64,000 nucleotides of DNA from Bacteroidales bacterium. Its GTDB lineage: Bacteria; Bacteroidota; Bacteroidia; Bacteroidales; UBA12077. The stretch is taken from NCBI GenBank assembly GCA_028282585.1, contig JANQHR010000034.1:1-64000 (forward strand), read 5' to 3'. The notes below the pieces were generated by a model. It was not told the origin of the DNA. It ran no database searches and was given only the letters and a program-made list of their open reading frames with translations. Below are positions 29,506 to 38,153 of this stretch, one piece after another (position 1 is the first letter of the stretch; the number at the start of each line of letters is the position of its first letter). A program made the position numbers and the translations under genes.

Positions 29506-30546
29506 CTATTCTTTTTGTATGTTGGTTTCTTCGACATGCGCTACCAATAATTGATAGAGATTATCTTCTAATAGATCATGGTTTATTTTTTTTCCAATAA
29601 AAACAAGCTTGCAAAAAGGTGTTTCGTTTTCCCAATTATCTCCCTGTTCAATCATAAAACTATCTCTAACCGCTTGGAAAATATGCTTTTCAGGCGTATC
29701 ATCGAAACTGATAATTCCTTTTACCCTAAATATGTTTTCTCGGTTAAAAAACAGAAAATTCTGCATCCAAAAACTAAATTTCTCCATGTCAAAACTTCCA
29801 GGGATAATGAAACCATACGATTTAATGTCGTGTTTATGATCCTGATGTGTTTGCTTGCTCAACAGCGAAGTCTGGCTTATAACCGGGCTTTTCACAAAAC
29901 TTAAATTTTGGAACGACATAGTTGTTTTTTCTATGGTTTTCCCCGAAAAAGCTTTCATGTCAAGTAAATTAACATTTTCAACCTTTGCATATTTAGCTGT
30001 ATAAAGTATGGCCATTGGATTTATGCTTTCGATTACTTTTTCGAGCTCTGTTAAGTACCCGGATTGTATAGTATCTACTTTGTTAAGAATCACAACATCG
30101 GCTAAGGTCAATTGTTTCCTTACTTCGGGTTGTTCATCTATCATGTCTTCCATAATGGAACAGTCGGCCAGACAAATAACACAATCAAGCCTAAAATTTA
30201 GCTGTATCTCTTCTGATGAAAGAAATGCCTTAATAATTGAATCAGGGTCGGCAATTCCTGTGCTTTCTATCAACAAGTGGTTAAATGGAAATTGGCTGTT
30301 GAGTAATTTTGTAATTGTTTCATAAAAACCTTCGTTGAGTGAACAGCAAATACAACCATTCGAAAGTTCAAAAATGTTTTGGTCCGTACCCACAATTAAG
30401 CCACCATCAATACCTATTTCACCAAATTCATTCTCAATGATGGCAAACTTTTTTTCCGGATGGTCTTTAATCAATTGGTTGAGCAAGGTTGTTTTTCCTG
30501 CCCCTAAAAAACCTGTTATAATCGTTACTGGGATTCTGCTATCCAT
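29506..30546 (-). CDS. COG0523/CobW family GTPase (second paralog)
   Basis: [23 protein letters not shown], His-rich HQDHKHD, FRVKG. Confidence 0.93.
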   Translation of the reverse strand: MDSRIPVTIITGFLGAGKTTLLNQLIKDHPEKKFAIIENEFGEIGIDGGLIVGTDQNIFELSNGCICCSLNEGFYETITKLLNSQFPFNHLLIESTGIADPDSIIKAFLSSEEIQLNFRLDCVICLADCSIMEDMIDEQPEVRKQLTLADVVILNKVDTIQSGYLTELEKVIESINPMAILYTAKYAKVENVNLLDMKAFSGKTIEKTTMSFQNLSFVKSPVISQTSLLSKQTHQDHKHDIKSYGFIIPGSFDMEKFSFWMQNFLFFNRENIFRVKGIISFDDTPEKHIFQAVRDSFMIEQGDNWENETPFCKLVFIGKKINHDLLEDNLYQLLVAHVEETNIQKE

Positions 30547-30554
30547 ATCTTTGA

Positions 30555-30956
30555 TTAATTACATTTTGTACAATATCCTTTTATTAAGAGCTCAGCCTGT
30601 TTCGGTTTATAATAATCGGGCAAATCTTTATATTCCCAGTTTACTTCAGGAATGCAAAACACCCTGCTACATTTTTGGCAATAAAAATGAGCATGTTGTT
30701 TGGTTTGGTTTTGCTTTTCGGTAATGGCGTATTTAATAAGGGTATTGTCGATTACTATTTTATGAATGACCTCTTTCGCAATAAGTGTTTTAAAATTTCG
30801 ATAAAAGGTGGTCCGATCGAAATTGCTGGAAATAGCTGTTTTAACCTCCTCTTCTGATAATGGAGTTGGAGATTCTACAATAGCCTTTATTATTTCTTCA
30901 CGGCATGAAGTCCGAATTAAGTTGTTTTGTTGTAATATTTCAGTAACCTTATTCAT
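30555..30956 (-). CDS. zur: Fur family regulator, probably Zur
   Basis: DRTTFYR, HAHFYCQKC, C-terminal CTKC; heads a COG0523 operon. Confidence 0.8.
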   Translation of the reverse strand: MNKVTEILQQNNLIRTSCREEIIKAIVESPTPLSEEEVKTAISSNFDRTTFYRNFKTLIAKEVIHKIVIDNTLIKYAITEKQNQTKQHAHFYCQKCSRVFCIPEVNWEYKDLPDYYKPKQAELLIKGYCTKCN

Positions 30957-30976
30957 ATTTGCAACAATGATTTAAA

Positions 30977-30997
30977 TGCAATAATATTGCAAATATA
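30977..30997 (-). promoter_or_regulatory. Probable Zur box abutting the -7 promoter element
   Basis: Perfect 7-1-7 palindrome TGCAATA-A-TATTGCA (30977-30991) overlapping minus-strand TATATTTG (30990-30997). Confidence 0.7.
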
Positions 30998-31117
30998 ATA
31001 AACAATATATTAAATGTATTGTTTTCTAAAACAATAATTTGTCCCAACCTATCTTATGCCTGGCAGAAAGGAAACAGCTTTTTTACAAACTTAGGACGTG
31101 TTAGGGTTTATGCGTTT

Positions 31118-31241
31118 AGTTAATATGCTGTTATGGGTGGAATTACCTCAGAGAGTGGGAACAAACAAAATAACTCCTATCAAATTTAGCGGATTACAGT
31201 CCTTGTCGCCCATTTTGTATATACAGCGTTAACGGGGCATT
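31118..31241. repeat. attC-like spacer after SH3 cassette
   Basis: GTTAATATGCTGT..ATGGGTG pairs with CGCCCAT..ACAGCGTTAAC; internal TCAAATTTAGC motif. Confidence 0.6.
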
Positions 31242-31283
31242 ATTTTTTATATTTTTGTCTATTAAATAAGAAACTTAGAAAGC

Positions 31284-31673
31284 TTATAACTGGAAAGCTT
31301 TTGGGCTAATTACTTCATCAGGAATCCAACCTTCTTTATTATTGCTTACGTTCCTAACCCAAGTCCAGCCGTTCAATGATTTTATCTTTATGACCTTTTC
31401 GCCTACATTTATATTCAATTCTTGAGCACTGTACTCTTCTTTCACAACTCCTTCCAAATTATCATTCGTTTTATCTATAAGCTGTACAGGTACCCAACCT
31501 CCTTGTCCTTTTACATTTTCAGTCCAAACCCAATTTTTCCACTTTTCTTCTGGAGCAAGTTCACCAAGTTTAACTATCTCACCCTTCGATAATTTTATTG
31601 GATTAGGGTATTGAGTTCTGTGATCTGAAACACATTCCCAAACTGTGTTGTCATTGTATTCAATTTGATTCAT
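31284..31673 (-). CDS. Tandem SH3-like domain protein
   Basis: WVW...GGWVP and YSAQELNINVGEKV...NGWTWV...EGWIP. Confidence 0.85.
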   Translation of the reverse strand: MNQIEYNDNTVWECVSDHRTQYPNPIKLSKGEIVKLGELAPEEKWKNWVWTENVKGQGGWVPVQLIDKTNDNLEGVVKEEYSAQELNINVGEKVIKIKSLNGWTWVRNVSNNKEGWIPDEVISPKAFQL

Positions 31674-31707
31674 AATTCGCTTTTCTTTTGAGGTATCTAT
31701 CTTTTTT

Positions 31708-31897
31708 AATGTCTGCTAACTTCTTGCTATAACAAATACTTTTTCTCGCCTTTTCGCATTCGCAATAGCTTTGGTAAGTGTTTCGAATATTAAAAACTAT
31801 TTTTATAATAGCAAGGCTGTTCTATGAATTAAATATTTAAATGAGATAAACAGACGTAAAAAATCCCGACAAAATCTGCCGGGATTGCTGTCCGACT
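31708..31897 (-). repeat. Leader copy A (tRNA 3' end, terminator, shortened leader, attI-like site)
   Basis: Direct repeat of 27432-27601; lacks the roughly 125-bp internal block present in copy B. Confidence 0.9.
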
Positions 31898-31960
31898 AGG
31901 GCTCGAACCTAGACTCTTCTGAACCAAAATCAGACGTGTTGCCAATTACACCATCGGACA
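31888..31960 (-). tRNA. tRNA-Gln(TTG)
   Basis: Minus strand TGTCCGA-TGGTGTAATTGGCAACAC-G-TCTGA-TTTTGGT-TCAGA-AGAGT-CTAGG-TTCGAGC-CCTAG-TCGGACA-G; 73 nt, CCA not encoded. Confidence 0.96.
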
Positions 31961-31974
31961 ATTGAATGAGTGTG

Positions 31975-31982
31975 CAAATTTA
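31975..31982 (-). promoter_or_regulatory. -7 promoter element of tRNA-Gln
   Basis: TAAATTTG matches the Bacteroidota TAnnTTTG consensus, 15 nt upstream of the tRNA. Confidence 0.7.
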
Positions 31983-32034
31983 ACAAAAAATTATTTTTAG
32001 CAAATATTTTTAGAAGTTTTTTTGAAAAATCCTT

Positions 32035-33543
32035 TTAAGGTACTTGGTTATACAACACTTTTTTCATTCTTACCGGTACGAAAATCATAGCCAGCATACT
32101 AACGACACAACACCATCCCAGAAAATCGCCCATTAATGGGTACAAAGTTTTAATTCCGCCTATTGGTATTTCAGCATACATAATTCCAGAGCTTGTCTTA
32201 TCCGAATCCATTTGTGTCAGAATATTTCCATTATAATCTTCTGCGAATGAAACTCCATTATAGGTTGCACGGACAAATGAAAAACCATTTTCTATTGCTC
32301 TTAAAGTATAACTCGGGCCGGTACTTTTGGGCCAATCGTATGAGGGGGCAAGCATAATATCAACATCTTTGCGTCCGGCTTGCTTTACATAACCTTGAAA
32401 AGTCATATCTCTGCAAATTGAAATGCCGATTTTGCCATATGGTGAATCATAGGTTTGAATAACTTCCGGGCCTTTTCGAAAAGCAACGGTTTCACCATGA
32501 TTTTTAAATCCCAGTAAGTATCGTTTGGCATAATCTAATTGAATTTCACCTTTATCATCGATTAATAAATGCTTATTTTCACCCTTACCATTTTGTATGA
32601 AATAAGCGTATGTAATACTTAGAAAAATCTGGTTTTCTCTTGCTATATCTTTATATCGTTCTCTTAACTTTGTTTCATCTTCCTGGTTAACCGTAATTGC
32701 AAATTCCTGGAAAGTTATAATCTTTGCTCCATTTAAAGCTGCTTTACGAGTAAGCTCTTCAATTCTAGAAACAGTTTTTTCGTAAGGAAAAGTTATTTTA
32801 TTATGATAAACCTTTTCCATTTCAATTATGTCTTCGTTTTCTTCAGGTATTAAAACTGCAGCGGCAATTTTTACGGTATCCTGGTCAGGGCCTTTTAGTA
32901 AAGCCGTTTTAAGAATTCCATAAATAAGAATTAAGCCAAATACCAAAACCAGACTGATTACATGATTTTTTATTTTTCTCCAACGAAAACTATTTTCCCA
33001 TGCGTAATTAATAATTGATGCAAGCCAGGAATAAACAAATACAAAAATCCAGATGCCAAATATTGAAATAACTTGTATAAATGTTAATGGTCCATAAACA
33101 AATTTACCACTCATTCCGGCGCCATCAAATGGCCCTTCAAGTGAAGAAAGGAAAAAAACTGCTGTGGCAATAACGGGGTAGGTTAAAATAGAAAAAAATT
33201 TATTCTCTTTGTATTTTGCCCAGATTAACCTGTCCACTGCAAATGGAATAATATACAAAATTGCTAATAAAGAGCTTCTTAAAGAATTAAAAAGTATCAT
33301 AGTTGAAGAGTTATCTATCTTAAACAACCCCCATAGTGAAATATTCAGGCTTAAAAGGAATCCTAAAAAGCTAAATAATATTGCTCTTCCTGCAGGCTGG
33401 GTCCTGATAAACCTAAGAATAAAAATTGGGGCGATAACGTTTGCAATATGAATACTTGGCAGCAGTTCACTTCTCCGGGTAAACATAAAGATCCCAAACC
33501 CAAGTAAAAACAGAATGTACGGTTCAAATTTCTTCATAATCAA
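32035..33543 (-). CDS. Apolipoprotein N-acyltransferase (Lnt)-like carbon-nitrogen hydrolase
   Basis: N-terminal TM bundle; E-K-C triad (FQEF, YAKR, SICRD); RAIENG. Confidence 0.8.
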   Translation of the reverse strand: MIMKKFEPYILFLLGFGIFMFTRRSELLPSIHIANVIAPIFILRFIRTQPAGRAILFSFLGFLLSLNISLWGLFKIDNSSTMILFNSLRSSLLAILYIIPFAVDRLIWAKYKENKFFSILTYPVIATAVFFLSSLEGPFDGAGMSGKFVYGPLTFIQVISIFGIWIFVFVYSWLASIINYAWENSFRWRKIKNHVISLVLVFGLILIYGILKTALLKGPDQDTVKIAAAVLIPEENEDIIEMEKVYHNKITFPYEKTVSRIEELTRKAALNGAKIITFQEFAITVNQEDETKLRERYKDIARENQIFLSITYAYFIQNGKGENKHLLIDDKGEIQLDYAKRYLLGFKNHGETVAFRKGPEVIQTYDSPYGKIGISICRDMTFQGYVKQAGRKDVDIMLAPSYDWPKSTGPSYTLRAIENGFSFVRATYNGVSFAEDYNGNILTQMDSDKTSSGIMYAEIPIGGIKTLYPLMGDFLGWCCVVSMLAMIFVPVRMKKVLYNQVP

Positions 33544-33624
33544 TATTTCATAATTAAAGGTAAGATTTTGATCACGGTAAGTTTAAAGTGATAGCTATAA
33601 AATTCTTACTTATGGAGTTTAAAG

Positions 33625-33661
33625 GATTGGATTATCAAAATACTGATTTAATAATCCAATC
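33625..33661 (-). terminator. Probable terminator hairpin
   Basis: GATTGGATTAT...ATAATCCAATC. Confidence 0.55.
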
Positions 33662-33682
33662 AATTAGAAATTCAATAATTAT

Positions 33683-35302
33683 TTATTCATCGTCGTATGT
33701 TACTTTGTAATATTTTTCAAGTCCTTCATCGGTCATGATCCATTTTCTTCCAACCATTTCTTCGGTCCTGTAATACTTTTCTTTTTCTACGTAATCCAAT
33801 TGTTTTTCAATGCTTTTATCAAGATAAAGTATATAATTTTCAGGCACTTTTATTTTCACATCAACTTCCGGAAACTTCCAGCGATTTTTTTCTAACAAGG
33901 AGTAGACGGCATCAAACAAGATTACCGAATCCTTTTGGATAATTCTGTAATCCAAATCCTCAGCATTTTCTCTTGCTTCTCTTCTGTTGGAACCACGGCC
34001 TTTTTTAATTACTTCGATAATAAAGTCCGAACTATACGTATGTACTATATCAATTTCGGGGTAAGCATATAAGTGTTTTTCATCTTCTTCATCATATATA
34101 ATTTCGAATTCAGAATCGAAAATATAAAATCTGGATGTAGAGATCGATCTGTTTTCGGTAGCTTTTAAATATAGTGTCTTATTTGCTGGTTCGTTAATTT
34201 CAATAAAGTTATCATCATGAACAGAAACGGAATATTTCCTGAACTGGGTACCAACCATTACAACTAAAACAATAAGACTTAAAATCCAGGCAACAAAGCC
34301 AATACCTGCTATTGAACGATCGTTTGGCCTTATGCCGAGTAGAAGCTTGAAACCACCGTAAATAATAGCTAATAATGGTAAAAAAACTACCAGTATTGCA
34401 CAAATGGCTACAATCCAGATTGTGTTAGGATCAACAAATGAATGAATCATATCGGTAAAAATTATATGATCATCAATAAAAATATTATTCCAGGGCATAA
34501 AAGGTTCTCCGATTATTAAAGTACCTGTAAGGCCAATCAGAAAACCAACTCCTGCAACTATCAAGACCAAACCAAAAACGGCTACAATAAATTTGAGAAT
34601 GAACTTAAAGAAAGCACCGATGGCGTAAAACAGGCTTTCGAAAAATCCTTTTGTACGTTCGTAATCCTTTGAATTTTTAAAATCCTTAAGGTTGTCCTTT
34701 ACGTTATCGTACTCTTTACGCACGTTTTTTTCAATATCAGAGATGTTAAACCGTTCACCTCGCATATGTAGCTTTTCAGCTGTGGTATTTGCTGCGGGGA
34801 GCAATGCCCATAGAATAATATATGTTACAACAGCTATAAAAGGAAATCCAGGGCCAGAAAATGGCCATGAAAAAATTATTAGAACCAAAACAATAATTCT
34901 TAAAATAATAGGATCGGTATTTAAGTAAGCACCTAAACCAGATAAAACCCCTCCTAAAATTCTATTATCCGTATCGCGATATAGTCTTTTGGAAGTTCTT
35001 TCGTATTTTTTATATTCTTGTTTTTCCGTAGTATCGTCTTCATCGTCAAAATCTTCCGGACGACCCATTATTTCAATAACTTCCTCGATATCTTCTTTGG
35101 AAATAACTTCTTTATCTTCGTTAAGTTTGCTTTGCAGTATTTCAGCAATTCTATATTCTATATCGGAAATGATTTCTTTTCCTTCACCATTGGACGCAAA
35201 TCGCTGATTTATGGCAGTTAGATAGTTTTGTAGAATTTCATAAGCATCTTCATCCAAATGAAATATAACTCCACCTATATTGATTTTAACTGTTTTTTTC
35301 AT
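33683..35302 (-). CDS. Long PspC-domain membrane protein
   Basis: MKKTVKINIGG N-terminal domain, KRLYRDTDNRILGGVLSGLG PspC motif, TMs, C-terminal beta domain. Confidence 0.88.
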   Translation of the reverse strand: MKKTVKINIGGVIFHLDEDAYEILQNYLTAINQRFASNGEGKEIISDIEYRIAEILQSKLNEDKEVISKEDIEEVIEIMGRPEDFDDEDDTTEKQEYKKYERTSKRLYRDTDNRILGGVLSGLGAYLNTDPIILRIIVLVLIIFSWPFSGPGFPFIAVVTYIILWALLPAANTTAEKLHMRGERFNISDIEKNVRKEYDNVKDNLKDFKNSKDYERTKGFFESLFYAIGAFFKFILKFIVAVFGLVLIVAGVGFLIGLTGTLIIGEPFMPWNNIFIDDHIIFTDMIHSFVDPNTIWIVAICAILVVFLPLLAIIYGGFKLLLGIRPNDRSIAGIGFVAWILSLIVLVVMVGTQFRKYSVSVHDDNFIEINEPANKTLYLKATENRSISTSRFYIFDSEFEIIYDEEDEKHLYAYPEIDIVHTYSSDFIIEVIKKGRGSNRREARENAEDLDYRIIQKDSVILFDAVYSLLEKNRWKFPEVDVKIKVPENYILYLDKSIEKQLDYVEKEKYYRTEEMVGRKWIMTDEGLEKYYKVTYDDE

Positions 35303-35317
35303 TTTAGTTCGATTTTA

Positions 35318-35641
35318 TTAATTATTTATCGAGTTAACGGCTCCAACTAAATCTTCCCAGGATTTTTTAAGTTCCTCTAAATATTCTTTTCCTTTATCTG
35401 TTAAGGTATAATATTTTCGTGGAGGCCCCTGAGTTGATTCTTCCCAACGGTAACTTAACAGGCCGGCATTTTTTTGCCTTGTTAAAAGAGGATAAAGGGT
35501 TCCTTCTACTACTATCATTTTTGCTTCTTTTAATGCTTTTATGATATCGGATGCGTAAAAATCCTGCTTGGATAGGATGGAAAGAATGCAGAATTCCAAT
35601 ACGCCTTTTTTCATCTGAGCTTTTGTATTTTCGAGATTCAT
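35318..35641 (-). CDS. PadR family transcriptional regulator
   Basis: QMKKGVLEFCIL, EGTLYPLLTR, GPPRKYYTLT. Confidence 0.93.
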   Translation of the reverse strand: MNLENTKAQMKKGVLEFCILSILSKQDFYASDIIKALKEAKMIVVEGTLYPLLTRQKNAGLLSYRWEESTQGPPRKYYTLTDKGKEYLEELKKSWEDLVGAVNSINN

Positions 35642-35658
35642 ATCTATTTATTTTAATT

Positions 35659-37230
35659 TTATTTTTTTGCAGATAAATCGGACCTGTTAATAATATTCCC
35701 ATGCAGGATTACTTTATCAATATTATTATAAGCTCCAATATCCTTTAATGGATTGTTGTTAAGTATCAACAAGTTGGCTATTTTATCATTTTCAATTGTT
35801 CCAATTACGTTATTTAAGTTAAAAGCTTCGGCACAATTAAATGTGGCGGCTTTAAATATTTTATCTAACGTTACTCCTGCTTCGTACCAATGTAGCATTT
35901 CCAAATAACCATTATATCCTGGAGGAGTGGTATACATATTCATGGCACCACCATCAGTAGAGAATAAAAGATTTGCATTGTTAGTTGCAAGAAAACTAGT
36001 TACGGTACTAATTTTAATCTTTAATCTTTCATATATTGTTTTCATCATTTCTTCATCCGTTTCAAAATATTTTCTAACTGAAAAGTAAAAATCGGGATTA
36101 GTATTTTTAATAAAGTTCGGCCGACTTAAAATTCTTGCTTTAGCCCATTGTCCTTCATCACTTTTAATCCAGTTTAAATAATTGTCGGAATAAATATGTT
36201 CTATAATTGTATCTGATAACAAGGTTTCTTTCAGAATATCTATTTCGCCTAGTATTGCTCTAAAAGTAGGCTGATAACCGGTTTTTCTTTTGCAAAACTC
36301 ATTTAATAAATCCTTGTGAGCTTTGGTAAGAGTTGTATCTAACAAGCTTAAAGGATCACTTGACCAGTTCCACATCGCATGAGCAATAATATCTATATTT
36401 GTTTCAAGCGCGAATTTTTGCCCTTCGAAAGAGGGCGCATGAATTATTACCGGAACATCATACTTTTTTGATTCTTGAACTAACTCGTTCATTATTTCTG
36501 TACTCGGTTTTTCCCAGGTAACTTTCATACCGCTTGACTCATCTTCATATAAAACTTTAACGCAAATACCTGATTGTTCTTCAACGATATTTCTTATAAT
36601 TGATTTATTTGTATGAGTTTCTAATTTAATTGAGTCTGGAAGAGAGACGTTGTGGTTATGGTGATCATATAGAAACGGCATCTGATAGCGTTGTTCCATT
36701 GAATATTCTTCCATTTCCATCATGAAATCATTCATAATCTGAACTTGTTCTCCGCAAGTGTATATATCGGGTCTTACCTCTTTTTGTAATATATTATTGA
36801 TTAGTCTGGGGGCATAATTATTTACATCAATTAAAGTTGTGTAACCAAAGTATAAAAAACTTTTTGGTAACTGATCAAAGTATTCATATGCAAGATCCGG
36901 ATGTTTCATTTTATGCCGGACATTCATTCCCGCAATATTAGCCAAATGTACATGACTATCTATTAGTCCGGGAATTACATATTTTCCTTCAGCTTTGAGA
37001 ACTTTGAAATTACCTTTTACAAGAGGTTTGTTTTTGCCTACATAAATAATCTTACTTGAGTCAATTGCAATATAACCTTTAAAAGAGTTAAAGTTTTCTT
37101 CTGAATTGTAAGTTAAAATAGTTGCATTCTCTATTAATAACCCATTTTTAATATATAGAGATTCATAGTTTGCCGAGCAAGTTAAGATCGTTACAACTAT
37201 AGTTATTACAGTATATATAATCATATTCAT
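35659..37230 (-). CDS. Secreted amidohydrolase superfamily protein
   Basis: PGLIDSHVH, IIHAP, IIAH, STDGG, GTIENDKIANLLIL. Confidence 0.85.
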   Translation of the reverse strand: MNMIIYTVITIVVTILTCSANYESLYIKNGLLIENATILTYNSEENFNSFKGYIAIDSSKIIYVGKNKPLVKGNFKVLKAEGKYVIPGLIDSHVHLANIAGMNVRHKMKHPDLAYEYFDQLPKSFLYFGYTTLIDVNNYAPRLINNILQKEVRPDIYTCGEQVQIMNDFMMEMEEYSMEQRYQMPFLYDHHNHNVSLPDSIKLETHTNKSIIRNIVEEQSGICVKVLYEDESSGMKVTWEKPSTEIMNELVQESKKYDVPVIIHAPSFEGQKFALETNIDIIAHAMWNWSSDPLSLLDTTLTKAHKDLLNEFCKRKTGYQPTFRAILGEIDILKETLLSDTIIEHIYSDNYLNWIKSDEGQWAKARILSRPNFIKNTNPDFYFSVRKYFETDEEMMKTIYERLKIKISTVTSFLATNNANLLFSTDGGAMNMYTTPPGYNGYLEMLHWYEAGVTLDKIFKAATFNCAEAFNLNNVIGTIENDKIANLLILNNNPLKDIGAYNNIDKVILHGNIINRSDLSAKK

Positions 37231-37275
37231 AATTCAAATACTTTATGATTTATAATTCTATAAAACACTTTACAA

Positions 37276-37875
37276 TTAGAATTTCATGTTTCTTTTAACC
37301 TTTTCAAATTCGTCACGCACTGATTTCTTAATATTTTCGAGCGTTATAGGTTCACCGCGCATTTCCAGTTTTTGTGCGGTAGTTTTAGCTTCAGGTATTG
37401 CGATCCATAATATTATATATATCCAAAATCCAACAGAACCAATGAAAAATAAAATGATAAACAGAATACGAAATAACAGGGGATCGTTGTTAAAATAAGC
37501 TCCCAAACCACCGCAAATTCCACCTAACAATCTATTATCAGGGTCGCGATATAATCTTTTGTTTGTTTTATAATTCATATTACTTTGTTTTTTTCCTTCC
37601 TGACTCGTTTCCTCATCAATAAAATCTTCAGGTTCTCCCATGATTTCAATTACTTTAGAAACATCATCTTTCATAATTACGTCTCTTTTTTCACCTAATG
37701 ATTCTTTAAATAATTCAGAAAGACGCGCTTCAATATCAGACATTACTTCTTTTCTTTCTTCCTCATTTACAAAATGCTTTTCTATAGCAAGTAAATAAGT
37801 ATGAAGCATTTCATAAGCATCATCATCGATATGAAATACTATTCCTCCTAAATTTATGGTAATGGTTGTCTTCAT
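37276..37875 (-). CDS. Short PspC-domain protein
   Basis: MKTTITINLGG domain plus KRLYRDPDNRLLGGICGGLG; paralog of the N-terminal part of 33683-35302. Confidence 0.88.
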   Translation of the reverse strand: MKTTITINLGGIVFHIDDDAYEMLHTYLLAIEKHFVNEEERKEVMSDIEARLSELFKESLGEKRDVIMKDDVSKVIEIMGEPEDFIDEETSQEGKKQSNMNYKTNKRLYRDPDNRLLGGICGGLGAYFNNDPLLFRILFIILFFIGSVGFWIYIILWIAIPEAKTTAQKLEMRGEPITLENIKKSVRDEFEKVKRNMKF

Positions 37876-37924
37876 ATTATATTTTTATTTTATAGTACTA
37901 TACATTGCATGCAAAATTACTATA

Positions 37925-37965
37925 CAAAGATATGTAAATAAATTAGTACTATGCAACACATAGTA
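37925..37965 (-). promoter_or_regulatory. -7 element and palindromic operator (probable PadR site)
   Basis: Minus-strand TATCTTTG at 37925-37932; TACTATG-N5-CATAGTA at 37947-37965; further TACTATAC half-sites nearby. Confidence 0.6.
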
Positions 37966-38153
37966 GTAAAAAATTCACAAAACAATAACTAAATACCTGT
38001 AAATCAAGATTAAAAAAATTTATTATTTTTGATGAAAAATCAGCAGTTTCTGAGATATGATTAAATATTAGGGCTAAAGCTCATTTTAAAAACAACATAT
38101 TGAAGGACTTTAATACATATACTTTAATATTACTAACGGAAAATACAAAAGAG

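Larger units (their letters stand above)
16593..31720 (-). mobile_element. Integron-like gene-cassette array with no integrase in the window, downstream of tRNA-Gln
   Basis: All genes on the minus strand; unrelated ORFs bounded by GTT/AAC-type inverted ends and separated by related imperfect palindromes; three related leader copies. Confidence 0.7.

Noticed and set aside
16593-31960. Prophage, ICE or IS-based island
   Set aside because: No integrase, transposase, relaxase, terminase or capsid genes; the GIGT protein has a signal peptide
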